Shown: piece after piece, positions 8,060-16,368 of the stretch | Layout of the letters: every line of letters begins with the position of its first letter | Numbering within the stretch: position 1 is the stretch's first letter | Virus record (IMG/VR): IMGVR_UViG_3300038393_002326 | Span: 1-31,557 of that record | From: a virus | Lineage: Duplodnaviria > Caudoviricetes | Reading direction: 5' to 3' (one strand) | Length of the DNA: 31,557 nt | Position numbers and translations under genes: made by a program | The notes under the pieces: model-generated | What the model was told of the DNA's origin: nothing | Databases searched by the model: none | Seen by the model: only the letters and a program-made list of their open reading frames with translations

Positions 8060-9247
8060 TCACAAGGACTCAAACTCGGCCAACGGGTTGACCACCTCGG
8101 CGGTGACCTCCGCGCCGCCCGAGCGCCGGAGCGCGGGCGCCTCGGTGAGGCCGAGTACGAAGGGGATGAGCGTCTCTGCCCACCCGAGCAGCAGGGCCGG
8201 CGTCGGGATGTGCGCGTCAATCTTGTAGCGCGCCTTCGCCGCCGCCCAGGTCTTCGGGTCGGTGATACCGTCAATGTACCGTTGCACGGTGTCCGCGCCG
8301 AACTGCTCGCGAAGCCGCACCATGATGCCCCAGTTGTCTTTCGTGTCCTTCGGCTGGACGGGCGATTCCAGCGAACTCTTTACCCGGTAACGGAGTCGCT
8401 CCATCAAGGCGCGCCCCTGCTCGTCCTTCGGGATGGTGGTGGTGTTCTTCTGCCCGCCGCCCATCTTCTGCGCCGCCGGCTTCTCCGTCCGTCGCTTGTG
8501 CGCCGACGCGGTGCCGCTGTTCGCTTCCTTCATGTGGGCCGTCAGGTCTTCCAGCTTCTGCCACGGGGCTCGACGCACGCGTTGCTCCTCTATCCATTCA
8601 AGAAATCGGTCGTCACTCCAATCCGCCGCCCACGGGGCCTCGTCCGCGAGGTAGTTCACCGAGGCGCGGGCGAACACCGGCGTGGAGTCCTCCGCGAGCA
8701 GCGTTTGCTGCCGCGTGCCGTACTCCGCGAGTGCGAGGACCCGCGCCCCCTTCGAGGTCCGCGCGCGGACTCCCGACGTGACGGCGCGCACCTCGGGGTC
8801 GAACGGCAGCACCTTCCGGTCGTACTTCTCCGGGTACATGAGCTTGAGGCGCGCCTGGGCGTCGGGCCGCGCGAGCAACTGCTCGATGACGGTCTGGACG
8901 GGCGTCATCCAGAGGTCGGACCCCGAACCGCGCACGAGGAGCCCGAGGTCCTCCAGTTCGGTGAGGTAGCGCTGGAGTGTGCGCCGGTCGACCAGCAGCT
9001 CGGCCGCGAGTCGCTCGCGCGTCGGCCAGACCTTGACGCGCCCCTCCGCGTCCACCGTGTCCGGCTCGTTGAGCGACAGGGTCGTCTCCGCGTACTCGTA
9101 CAGTAGCTGTAGAGTACAGGTACTTTCGGCCGAAAGAGCGGCGGCGCACAGCGCGCGCCGCAGCTCACGTCGAAAGGGGACGAACCGCCCGTCTGTGGTC
9201 CCGAAGAACTGCGCGGGGGTCGTGCCGCGCACGCCCCCGGAAATCAT
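8060..9247 (-). CDS. Winged-HTH protein, putative replication initiator
   Basis: VWPTRERLAAELLVDRRTLQRYLTELEDLGLL resembles the HTH of phage/plasmid replication initiators. Lies upstream of ligase, loader and helicase. Start is ATG 9247 or TTG 9262. Confidence 0.6.
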   Translation of the reverse strand: MISGGVRGTTPAQFFGTTDGRFVPFRRELRRALCAAALSAESTCTLQLLYEYAETTLSLNEPDTVDAEGRVKVWPTRERLAAELLVDRRTLQRYLTELEDLGLLVRGSGSDLWMTPVQTVIEQLLARPDAQARLKLMYPEKYDRKVLPFDPEVRAVTSGVRARTSKGARVLALAEYGTRQQTLLAEDSTPVFARASVNYLADEAPWAADWSDDRFLEWIEEQRVRRAPWQKLEDLTAHMKEANSGTASAHKRRTEKPAAQKMGGGQKNTTTIPKDEQGRALMERLRYRVKSSLESPVQPKDTKDNWGIMVRLREQFGADTVQRYIDGITDPKTWAAAKARYKIDAHIPTPALLLGWAETLIPFVLGLTEAPALRRSGGAEVTAEVVNPLAEFESL

Positions 9248-9302
9248 CTTCGCGTGTCCCAACAGTGCTCCCGCCTGAACCGTCGTTACCGTGCTCGGGC
9301 GA

Positions 9303-9327
9303 CGGGACTGCGAGAACCGCAGTCCCG
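9303..9327. terminator. 10-bp perfect hairpin after the RHH gene (terminator, attenuator or processing site)
   Basis: CGGGACTGCG-agaac-CGCAGTCCCG; no U-tract. Confidence 0.45.
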
Positions 9328-9331
9328 CCGG

Positions 9332-9601
9332 TTAGGCCGAGCGCGTCTTGCGCCGCTGAACCTGCTTCGGGTGGGTGGGCTTGCTACCCCGCGAGGCGAC
9401 CTGCGCCGTACGTCCGCGCTCCGTCGTCTCGGGCCGGTGGGCCGACATCACCTTGAACCCCGCCGCCTCGGCCGCCATGAGGCCGTGTGAGAGGAGGAAG
9501 TTCGAGGTCGAGCGGTGCTCGGACGCCGCCGCCTGGGCCAGGATGTCCGCCTGCTCCTCCGTCAGGTAAACCGAAACCGCCTTCAGGTTCGCGCGTGCCA
9601 T
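9332..9601 (-). CDS. Ribbon-helix-helix (CopG/Arc/MetJ-like) transcriptional regulator
   Basis: MARANLKAVSVYLTEEQADILAQAAASEHRSTSNFL has an alternating beta strand followed by two helices, typical of RHH. GGAGAG SD and its own promoter lie directly upstream of ATG 9601. Confidence 0.75.
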   Translation of the reverse strand: MARANLKAVSVYLTEEQADILAQAAASEHRSTSNFLLSHGLMAAEAAGFKVMSAHRPETTERGRTAQVASRGSKPTHPKQVQRRKTRSA

Positions 9602-9616
9602 CGTCTCTCTCCGTGG

Positions 9617-9645
9617 AGTGTAGCGTGACGCTACGGTGTCGTCAA
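9617..9645 (-). promoter_or_regulatory. Sigma70-type promoter P1 (RHH/initiator operon)
   Basis: TTGACG-N17-TACACT. Confidence 0.75.
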
Positions 9646-9794
9646 TGTACCGTTGCACTGCAGGTACCTCGCCGCCGACTCTCAGCCACCCCACCGACCT
9701 CGCCCCAATCGGGGTTCCCCCGAGGTCGTCCACGTCGCGAATCAGCCGTTGTCGTCTCGAATCGTTACCGGTGCCGCACTGGCGGCGTCGCGCT

Positions 9795-9823
9795 ACCCTA
9801 ACAGTACTCTACGGGTGCGTCAA
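9795..9823 (-). promoter_or_regulatory. Sigma70-type promoter P2
   Basis: TTGACG-N17-TAGGGT with an extended -10 TG. Confidence 0.6.
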
Positions 9824-9906
9824 TTCTTTCGGTGTCGCTTCGGTCTGAAAGGCTCATCCCAGATACGCGGGGCGCGCCAGAGCGCCACTACGGGTTTCAT
9901 GACGGT

Positions 9907-9935
9907 ACAGTAATGGGGTCACACCCGTCCGTCAA
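9907..9935 (-). promoter_or_regulatory. Sigma70-type promoter P3
   Basis: TTGACG-N17-TACTGT; the same hexamers as the polA promoter. Confidence 0.62.
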
Positions 9936-9980
9936 GCGTAAGACGACGCACAAAACGGTCGCGCAGTCAGGCAATCCCCG

Positions 9981-10008
9981 GCAACGCGAACGGCCCCCGG
10001 AGGGGCCG
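9981..10008 (-). terminator. Hairpin terminator ending the tail/lysis transcript
   Basis: Minus strand CGGCCCC-TCCG-GGGGCCG then TTCGCGTTGC, 4 nt after the holin stop. Confidence 0.65.
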
Positions 10009-10012
10009 TGTC

Positions 10013-10564
10013 TCAGACCGTCTTGTTGCTGCTCTTCTGCAGGAGCTTCTCGGCCGCTGTCTTCAGGAAGGCGGGCATCGGAACGCCGAGCCGCGTCGCG
10101 TTCTCGTAGAGGGACAGCGCCTCGGTCGCGATGAACCAGCTGGTCGTCCACGTAAAGAGGAGCCCGTCGAGGGGCAGGTGGTTCGCTTTGAAGACGTGGT
10201 CGAGGAGCACCGAGGAGGCGACCATCATGAGCATCAGCAGCTTGCGCTTCACGCCGACCCCGAACCGGGAGCTGGTAATGCGCTGCCCGTCCTGCCGCGC
10301 CGCGAGTACGCCGGTGAAGAGGTCGAGGGCGTTCATCGCGAGGAGCACGCGGACCAGTTCGTGAATCCCGTCGACCGCCGCGCAGGCGAGTTCCGTCGCG
10401 TTGTTCAGCTGGCAGAGCCACTGGAGCAGCGCCGCGAGGCCGACCGCGCCGCCGGAGACGGCCGCCTTCACCGGCGCGGCTTGCGTGAGATAGGCCGACT
10501 TGAAAATCCGGTCGGGCATGAGACCGTGGATGGGGGAGAGGGTGAGAGGCCGTCCGACCCCCAT
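10013..10564 (-). CDS. Holin (phage holin family 4 type)
   Basis: DLFTGVLAA...ITSSRFGVGVKRK...EALSLYENATRLGVPMPAFL signature with hydrophobic segments; adjacent to the endolysin. Start may be ATG 10519. Confidence 0.88.
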   Translation of the reverse strand: MGVGRPLTLSPIHGLMPDRIFKSAYLTQAAPVKAAVSGGAVGLAALLQWLCQLNNATELACAAVDGIHELVRVLLAMNALDLFTGVLAARQDGQRITSSRFGVGVKRKLLMLMMVASSVLLDHVFKANHLPLDGLLFTWTTSWFIATEALSLYENATRLGVPMPAFLKTAAEKLLQKSSNKTV

Positions 10565-10621
10565 CGGGGTCAGTGCGTCAGCTGAAAGATACCGGTATTG
10601 TACCGGTACAGCAACCCACCC

Positions 10622-11098
10622 CTACGCGGCGAGTGCCCGGACCCAGACGTACTGGCGTGGGTCGTCCTTCCCGGCGCGTGTGTGTTCGAGGACGCCGTCG
10701 CCGTCCCGTCCGCCGCCGTCGTTCGTGTTGCCCTCGACCGTCGCCACGGAACCGTCCGCGTTCACCCCGGCGACGATGAACGCGTGGTCTGCGTCCGACT
10801 GGCTCTTCAGTCGCAGGCCGACACACCCCGGCACCGGCACCGGAAGCACGAGCTTGTGGGCTCGCGCGTATTCGAGCGTGACGTCGCAGCTGCCCGTCAC
10901 CGGGAGGAGCCACGCCTCTCCGAGCAGCTGCTTGCCGACGTACGACACGAAGGCCATGCACCACGGGTCGCCCGGCTTGAGACCACAGAAGGCGAGCATG
11001 GCCTCCACGAACCGGCCGTGGTTGTTCTGTCCCGCCGCCTCGCGGACGGGCGTGAGCAGCTTCGCCGCCCGGACGAAGAGCAAGGCAAGTCCCGGCAT
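10622..11098 (-). CDS. Endolysin, CHAP-domain cysteine peptidase
   Basis: PWCMAFVSY (catalytic Cys), DHAFIV (catalytic His), TVEGNT. ATG 11098 follows the upstream stop. Confidence 0.88.
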   Translation of the reverse strand: MPGLALLFVRAAKLLTPVREAAGQNNHGRFVEAMLAFCGLKPGDPWCMAFVSYVGKQLLGEAWLLPVTGSCDVTLEYARAHKLVLPVPVPGCVGLRLKSQSDADHAFIVAGVNADGSVATVEGNTNDGGGRDGDGVLEHTRAGKDDPRQYVWVRALAA

Positions 11099-11100
11099 CG

Positions 11101-11304
11101 TTAGGCTCCGGGCACCGGAATTGGGTAGTACGCGCCGGGCCACGACGTCGTCTCATGGGGCAGCGCGACGTTGAGCGGCAGCGGACCCACGAAGTAGGTC
11201 TCATCCCGGCAGGCTTCTACGGCGCCGGCTTCAGTCAAGAAGACACCTTGGAGGTCCCACGTCGTCTCCTTCCACCGTCCGACGACCCACACGCTATCAG
11301 TCAT
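11101..11304 (-). CDS. Small hypothetical protein (67 aa)
   Basis: Fills the gap, has a protein-like sequence (VWVVG...WDLQGVFLTEAGAVEAC) and abuts the endolysin start. Confidence 0.7.
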   Translation of the reverse strand: MTDSVWVVGRWKETTWDLQGVFLTEAGAVEACRDETYFVGPLPLNVALPHETTSWPGAYYPIPVPGA

Positions 11305-11425
11305 TGGCGAATCCGAAAGTTTCGAGGAGGCCGCGCGAGCGTGGCGGCGGCGATTCGCTCGCGTCGATGGCCTGCTGCAGGAAGTCCTGCTTCCACCATT
11401 CGAGGTGGGCGTTCTTGCTGTGCAC
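11297..11425 (-). CDS. Possible 42-aa hypothetical protein
   Basis: GTG-initiated frame HSKNAHLEWWKQDFLQQAIDAS... overlapping the next start; below the ORF-track cutoff. Confidence 0.3.
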   Translation of the reverse strand: MHSKNAHLEWWKQDFLQQAIDASESPPPRSRGLLETFGFAND

Positions 11426-11455
11426 CGTACTCGCTATGCGAAAACCCGTGCGCGC

Positions 11456-14146
11456 TTAGATGTGGCTGTAATTGGTGAACTGGTTCGACGGGTTCGGCCC
11501 GATGGCCCAGGCGTACATGCTCCCGCCGCCGTACGAGCCGTCCGCGTTGCGGAAGCGCAGGAGGAAGTTGACCTGCGTGAGACCGGGCGACCCGCTGATG
11601 TTGGTCGTGGAGACCGTCTGTGCGCCGCTGTTCGCCGCGACCTCAGTGACCTTCTTGTACTGTACCGGCCCGCTGCCGGTGTACTGGGCGAACCACACCT
11701 CGACCATAGCGCCGGACGGACCGGCCGAGTCGAACGAGACTTGGTAGCCGCCTGCGATGGCCGACACGCCGTGGAAGACCACGCCCCCGGCGACGCCGGA
11801 CGACATGGTGCCGGAGAGGAGGGGTCCCTTGTGGTCCGGGGCCTGCGGCGAGGCGAACCCGTCCCAGTTGCCGCCTAACGCCACCGGCGCCCACGGGCTG
11901 TAGAGCGTGACCGCCTGGCTCGTCACCGGGTCGGTCACCGTCCGCTTCAGGCGCACCTGCAGCGCGGACACACCGCCACCGGCGTAGTAGTTCGGCGCGT
12001 ACGTGAGGGTATAGCCCCACGCCGACCGCCACTCTTTGTACAGCAGCTGCGCTTCCAACGCTCCGATGGCCCCGCTGAGGGCCGTCACGTTCGCCGTCAC
12101 GCCACCGCTGTTCGGGGTGCGCGAAAACTCGACGGAAGTATCCGCCCGGTCGTTCTGCGCGAACAGTACTGTGACGAACTCGTTCCAGTACCAGAGTTGA
12201 CGGTACAGGTTGAAGCTGTCGTCGTACTGGTCGTCCCTGTACCCGACCACGCCGAGGAACGCCGCGTCGATGTTCGGCGGCGCATCGGGCACGCCGATGT
12301 TCCCCGTGGTCACCCAGGCCGTCGGGTAACCGCTACGGCTCTGGCGCACGCGGTACTGGAAGACCGAGCCGGCGGTGCGCGGCTTCACCTCGTACGACGT
12401 CGCTGGCGTGGAGCCCGTGGCGAGGCGGTTCCACGTGCCGCCGCTGTACTCCTCGATGTCGAGCGTCGAGTTGTAGTCGAGGTTCCCGAACGTAAGCGCC
12501 ACGCCTAACTGCCCGTCCGACAGGCGCCCGCCGCTCGCGCTGACTGTCGGCAGCGTCGCGGGAATCGGCGGCAGCACGGCCGTGCCGTACACGAAGCTGC
12601 TGGGGACCCCGTTCTTCGTGTACCGCACCGCGAAGGTGCAGGACGAGTTCCACGGGAACGTGACGTTCGACTGCGACGTCGCGCCGGGCGACGTCGTCGT
12701 GCGCAGCTGCAGGCCGTTCCCGTCGTTCAGGTTCGTCCAGACCTCGACCGCGCACGACGTGTCGTACGTGTTCGCCCAACTGATGGTCCCGAAGCCGCTG
12801 GCTCCGGGCGTGACGACCGTGCCTACCGGCTGGCCGTTCGTGAACGTCACCGACTGTGGGTCGCCGTCCGGGCCGTCCACGAGCGTGCGCGCCGACGCCG
12901 TCGAGCCGGCGCTTTCCACGCCGCTCTTCACGTGTCGGACTTCGTAGCTGTACAGCGTGTTTGACGGCCGTCCGGTGTCCGCCCACCCCGCCGTGCCCGC
13001 GCCCACCGTCTGCACCAGCACCCCATCGCGGTAGACGCGCGTCTGCGCCGTCACGTCGCCATTCACCCACGACAGCGACAGCTGCGTCTCGCCCGTCGGC
13101 CGCGCCGGCACGGCGACCATGAGGTTACTCGGCGGCGCTTCAGGGATGTCCAGCCCCGTGTGCGCACTCGCGATGTTGGAGAACGCCGAACTGAGCGCGT
13201 TCTTGACGTGGACGACCTTGAAGTACCGGAGGACGTCGTACGCGTTCTCCGAGAACACGTTCGAGGCCACACCAGGGTTGACGGTCCGGTAGAACGTGTA
13301 GGTGGTCCCGTCCGTCGAGTAGTAGATGTCGGTCTGCGCCGAGGTGTCGCCGTTGGTCCAGGCGAGGGCAATCGTCCCCTGCCCCGGCACCCCGGTCCCC
13401 TGTGTGGCCGTTAGGCCCGTCGGCGGGGCATCCGGGCCATCGACCAGAGTCGTCGCGCCCGCGATGTTGGAGTCGGCCGAGTTCACCGTGTCCTTCTGGT
13501 GCACGGCCTTGAAGTTGTACGACTGATTCGGCGTTAGGCCCGTGGCAGCGTACGCCGCCACCCCGGCGCCGACCGAGCCGTGCAGCGTCCACGTTGAGGC
13601 CCCGGCGATGCGGTAGTAGAGCAGCGTGGTGACGCCGGCCGACGCGTCACCGTTCACCCACGTGAGGTTCGCCGTCGTCTCTCCGGCAGGGCGCGTGCCC
13701 GGTGTCGTTGCGACGAGGGTCGTCGGCGCACCGGCCGGATAGTCCGCTTGGTTCGTCGCGGAGACCACCGCCGTGGACGGCGACACGTCGGTCACGTTCA
13801 CGTGGCGGAACTTGTAGTACCGCAGCGTGCGCGTCGGGCTGTAGACGTCCACGTACGACGTCGTCGTCAGCGGCACCGTCGTCAGCGAGTACCACGTGAC
13901 GTTGTCCGGCGAGTAGAGAATCTCCGTCTGCGCGTTGCTCGACACGCCGTTCGCCCACGCCAGCTGCACGCCGCCGCGCGTGGTGGGGTGTGTCGTCGCG
14001 GACGGGTTGTATGGCGCCGCGCCCGGCGCCGGGGGCGCGTAGCGCGGGAACAGGCGAGAGTTCCGCTCCGCGATGACGACGCCCGCCGTGCGGCTCCGCA
14101 GCCACGACAGGCCGCCGACGAGAATCTGTCCGCTGATGAGAGCCAT
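11456..14146 (-). CDS. Fibronectin type III repeat tail/adhesion protein
   Basis: About six ~95-aa repeats, most with P.AP..L.A...L.W.NGD and Y.F/Y.V.H patterns. Thr/Ser/Gly rich; lies at the end of the tail module. Confidence 0.8.
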   Translation of the reverse strand: MALISGQILVGGLSWLRSRTAGVVIAERNSRLFPRYAPPAPGAAPYNPSATTHPTTRGGVQLAWANGVSSNAQTEILYSPDNVTWYSLTTVPLTTTSYVDVYSPTRTLRYYKFRHVNVTDVSPSTAVVSATNQADYPAGAPTTLVATTPGTRPAGETTANLTWVNGDASAGVTTLLYYRIAGASTWTLHGSVGAGVAAYAATGLTPNQSYNFKAVHQKDTVNSADSNIAGATTLVDGPDAPPTGLTATQGTGVPGQGTIALAWTNGDTSAQTDIYYSTDGTTYTFYRTVNPGVASNVFSENAYDVLRYFKVVHVKNALSSAFSNIASAHTGLDIPEAPPSNLMVAVPARPTGETQLSLSWVNGDVTAQTRVYRDGVLVQTVGAGTAGWADTGRPSNTLYSYEVRHVKSGVESAGSTASARTLVDGPDGDPQSVTFTNGQPVGTVVTPGASGFGTISWANTYDTSCAVEVWTNLNDGNGLQLRTTTSPGATSQSNVTFPWNSSCTFAVRYTKNGVPSSFVYGTAVLPPIPATLPTVSASGGRLSDGQLGVALTFGNLDYNSTLDIEEYSGGTWNRLATGSTPATSYEVKPRTAGSVFQYRVRQSRSGYPTAWVTTGNIGVPDAPPNIDAAFLGVVGYRDDQYDDSFNLYRQLWYWNEFVTVLFAQNDRADTSVEFSRTPNSGGVTANVTALSGAIGALEAQLLYKEWRSAWGYTLTYAPNYYAGGGVSALQVRLKRTVTDPVTSQAVTLYSPWAPVALGGNWDGFASPQAPDHKGPLLSGTMSSGVAGGVVFHGVSAIAGGYQVSFDSAGPSGAMVEVWFAQYTGSGPVQYKKVTEVAANSGAQTVSTTNISGSPGLTQVNFLLRFRNADGSYGGGSMYAWAIGPNPSNQFTNYSHI

Positions 14147-14176
14147 GGGAGACCAGTACTTTACCGGTACGCCCGC

Positions 14177-15736
14177 TTACGCGAAGCGCTCGGCGGTGAG
14201 CGTGACCGTGAAGTTGTGGGGCGTCCCCGTCTGCGTCTGCTTCGTGATGACGACGAAGAGGGCCTCGTCGCTGCGCGCGTTGACGAAGTACCACGGCACC
14301 TTGTCGGTGACGGCGCCGGACTGGTTCGACCACTGCGCGACGATGTTACCGCTGCCGGCGTTGTCGTACACGACGATGTCGTACGCGCCGGTGTACGCGC
14401 CGGGGTCCACAGAGAGCGCGCAGACGAGGGCGCGCGCGCCGACGTTGGCGAACTGGAACTGCTGCGACGCCGTCACGGCGGTCGGGCCGTTCGCCGCCGG
14501 GCCGTACGCGTTGCCGGTGAGCTTCGCGCGGCCGTTCACTGTGAGAGCACCTGTGACCGTGCCGCCGGCCAGCGCGAGATACGCCGCCGCTGCGGCGACG
14601 GTCGTGAGCAGCGCCGAGGCGTGCACGCCGTCCACCATGTCGGCGTTCAGGTTCGTGACCACACCGTTCGCGCCGCCCGCCACCGAGAACGGCACGTTGC
14701 CCACCGTCGGGGCGAACGTGATGGGTCCGTTGATGTTCGTCGCGGCGGCGCGGTTCGTGTGGACGTACTGCGGGTGGTCGTCCGAGGTGGTCAGCCCCGT
14801 CAGGGTCGCGTGACTCACCTTCGGGCCGCCCTTCGCCGTGCCGTCGTGCGCGTGCACGTCGAGGTCGACGCCGTCGACCGTCGCGTTCGCCCCGAGGGTC
14901 ACGTTCCCCGTGATGTCCACGTTCGCGCGCAGCTTCACGGCCCCGTTCACGTCAAGCGCCTGCGTCGGCTGCACGCCGATACCGATGCTGCCCGCCGCGT
15001 CGATGTAGACCTTCGCCGTGCCCGCGTTCTTCAGCACGAGCAGGTTGCCGGTCTGCGTGTTCAGCGTGTCGAAGCTGTACGCGACCTGCGCGGCGGGTGC
15101 CGCCGACTTGAGCGAGAGCGTACGCGCGGGACCCCGTCCGGCGAGTTCCCCGAGCGACGGCGCGACGCCCGCGAGCGTGAACGTCGCACTCGTCAGGAAG
15201 ACGCCGTTCGTCGTGAAGTCGTGCGAGACGTCAGCAATCTTGAAGACGTTCCGCCCGACCTGCGACGGGCCGGGCAGAACGCTCGTGTTCTGCGCCGCGA
15301 GGACGCGCACGTTCCGGCGGTAGCGCGTCGAGCCCGCGCCGTACGTGGCGTCGGTCCACGCCGCGTCATCGCCCGCCGTGACCTCGTCGTCCCACCACTC
15401 ACAGTAGATGACGGAGTTCTGGATGCCTGTCGTCGTCCCCGTGGCGAACGCCTGCAGCGCGGTCGCCGCCGGCAGGCGGATGAACACCCCGTTGTGCACC
15501 GCGACGCCGGACGCGACGTCCACGCTGCGCGCCGTGGCCGACGCCGTGAGGACGCCCGCACTGCCTAACAGATTCGCCGTGCCGGCGAGGGCCGTGACGA
15601 GGCGGTCGCGCGCGTCCCGCATCATGTCCTGCGCTTCGTTGAAGTCGCAGTCCAGAATGACGCCCTGCTGCTGCCAGATGACCTTGTCGTAGCCCTTCCC
15701 GGCGTTCAGGGCGAAGGTGTCCTTGGAGATACTCAC
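14177..15736 (-). CDS. Tail fibre/baseplate-associated protein
   Basis: N-terminal YDKVIWQQQGVILDCDFNEAQD resembles the N-terminus of eCIS/myophage fibre-attachment proteins. Fibre-like repeats: IGIGVQPTQALDVNG, LNADMVDGVHA, LAGGTVTG. Confidence 0.7.
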   Translation of the reverse strand: MSISKDTFALNAGKGYDKVIWQQQGVILDCDFNEAQDMMRDARDRLVTALAGTANLLGSAGVLTASATARSVDVASGVAVHNGVFIRLPAATALQAFATGTTTGIQNSVIYCEWWDDEVTAGDDAAWTDATYGAGSTRYRRNVRVLAAQNTSVLPGPSQVGRNVFKIADVSHDFTTNGVFLTSATFTLAGVAPSLGELAGRGPARTLSLKSAAPAAQVAYSFDTLNTQTGNLLVLKNAGTAKVYIDAAGSIGIGVQPTQALDVNGAVKLRANVDITGNVTLGANATVDGVDLDVHAHDGTAKGGPKVSHATLTGLTTSDDHPQYVHTNRAAATNINGPITFAPTVGNVPFSVAGGANGVVTNLNADMVDGVHASALLTTVAAAAAYLALAGGTVTGALTVNGRAKLTGNAYGPAANGPTAVTASQQFQFANVGARALVCALSVDPGAYTGAYDIVVYDNAGSGNIVAQWSNQSGAVTDKVPWYFVNARSDEALFVVITKQTQTGTPHNFTVTLTAERFA

Positions 15737-15748
15737 GGCAGGCTACCG

Positions 15749-16273
15749 TCAGAGGGTGAAGTACAGCACGCGCTGAAGCGTGACGCCGGTCTGCTTGCGG
15801 TACGTCGCGTGGACCTTGTGGTTGACCATCAACCCCGTGTTCGCGCCCGCGCCCGCATTGCCGGCGAAGAGCCCCCACTCGCGGAGGTCCGAGTCGACGG
15901 CCGGCTCGGTGTTGCCGAGCGTCATCGTGACTCTCAGGCGGTTCGTCGGCGTCGCGCTGGTGTTGTTCCCCGAGTCCACGTACTCGATGTCAGCCAGCTG
16001 TACGGCCTTGCGGTAGGTCTCGCGGAGCAGATGCGTCTCGGTCGGCGCCGGCACGGTGGTGCCGGCGGCCACGCCCGCGTCCCACGTCGCCGTGTTCGTC
16101 GTGTTGCCGTCCCCGACCGCCCAGTACAGGAACCCGTTGCCGTAGGTGGCGTCCCGCTTGAGCAGGGCGGCCATCACCACGTAGGCGGTGTTCATGACCA
16201 TGTTGCGCCCGCTGCGTACCAGCACGCGGCGGCCGTCCGGGTGTAGCTCGTAGTCCTCCCAGTATCCTTCCAT
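15749..16273 (-). CDS. Tail-collar fibre/baseplate protein
   Basis: GRNMVMN...YWAVGDG...PAPTETHLLRETYRK...LREWGLF pattern. ATG 16273 preferred because the longer ORF crosses the repeat array. Confidence 0.72.
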   Translation of the reverse strand: MEGYWEDYELHPDGRRVLVRSGRNMVMNTAYVVMAALLKRDATYGNGFLYWAVGDGNTTNTATWDAGVAAGTTVPAPTETHLLRETYRKAVQLADIEYVDSGNNTSATPTNRLRVTMTLGNTEPAVDSDLREWGLFAGNAGAGANTGLMVNHKVHATYRKQTGVTLQRVLYFTL

Positions 16274-16368
16274 GGTGCCCCGAGTATGCAGGTACAGTAC
16301 CGGTAATATACCGCCGGCCCGAGGGGAACTCCACCCCGGACCGGGACTCACTGCGCCGGACGCAGCAC

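Larger units (their letters stand above)
8269..9658. repeat. Exact 19-bp direct repeat CGTCAATGTACCGTTGCAC (8269-8287 and 9640-9658)
   Basis: Read directly at both positions. One copy is inside the initiator CDS; the other covers the -35 of the RHH-gene promoter. Confidence 0.85.
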
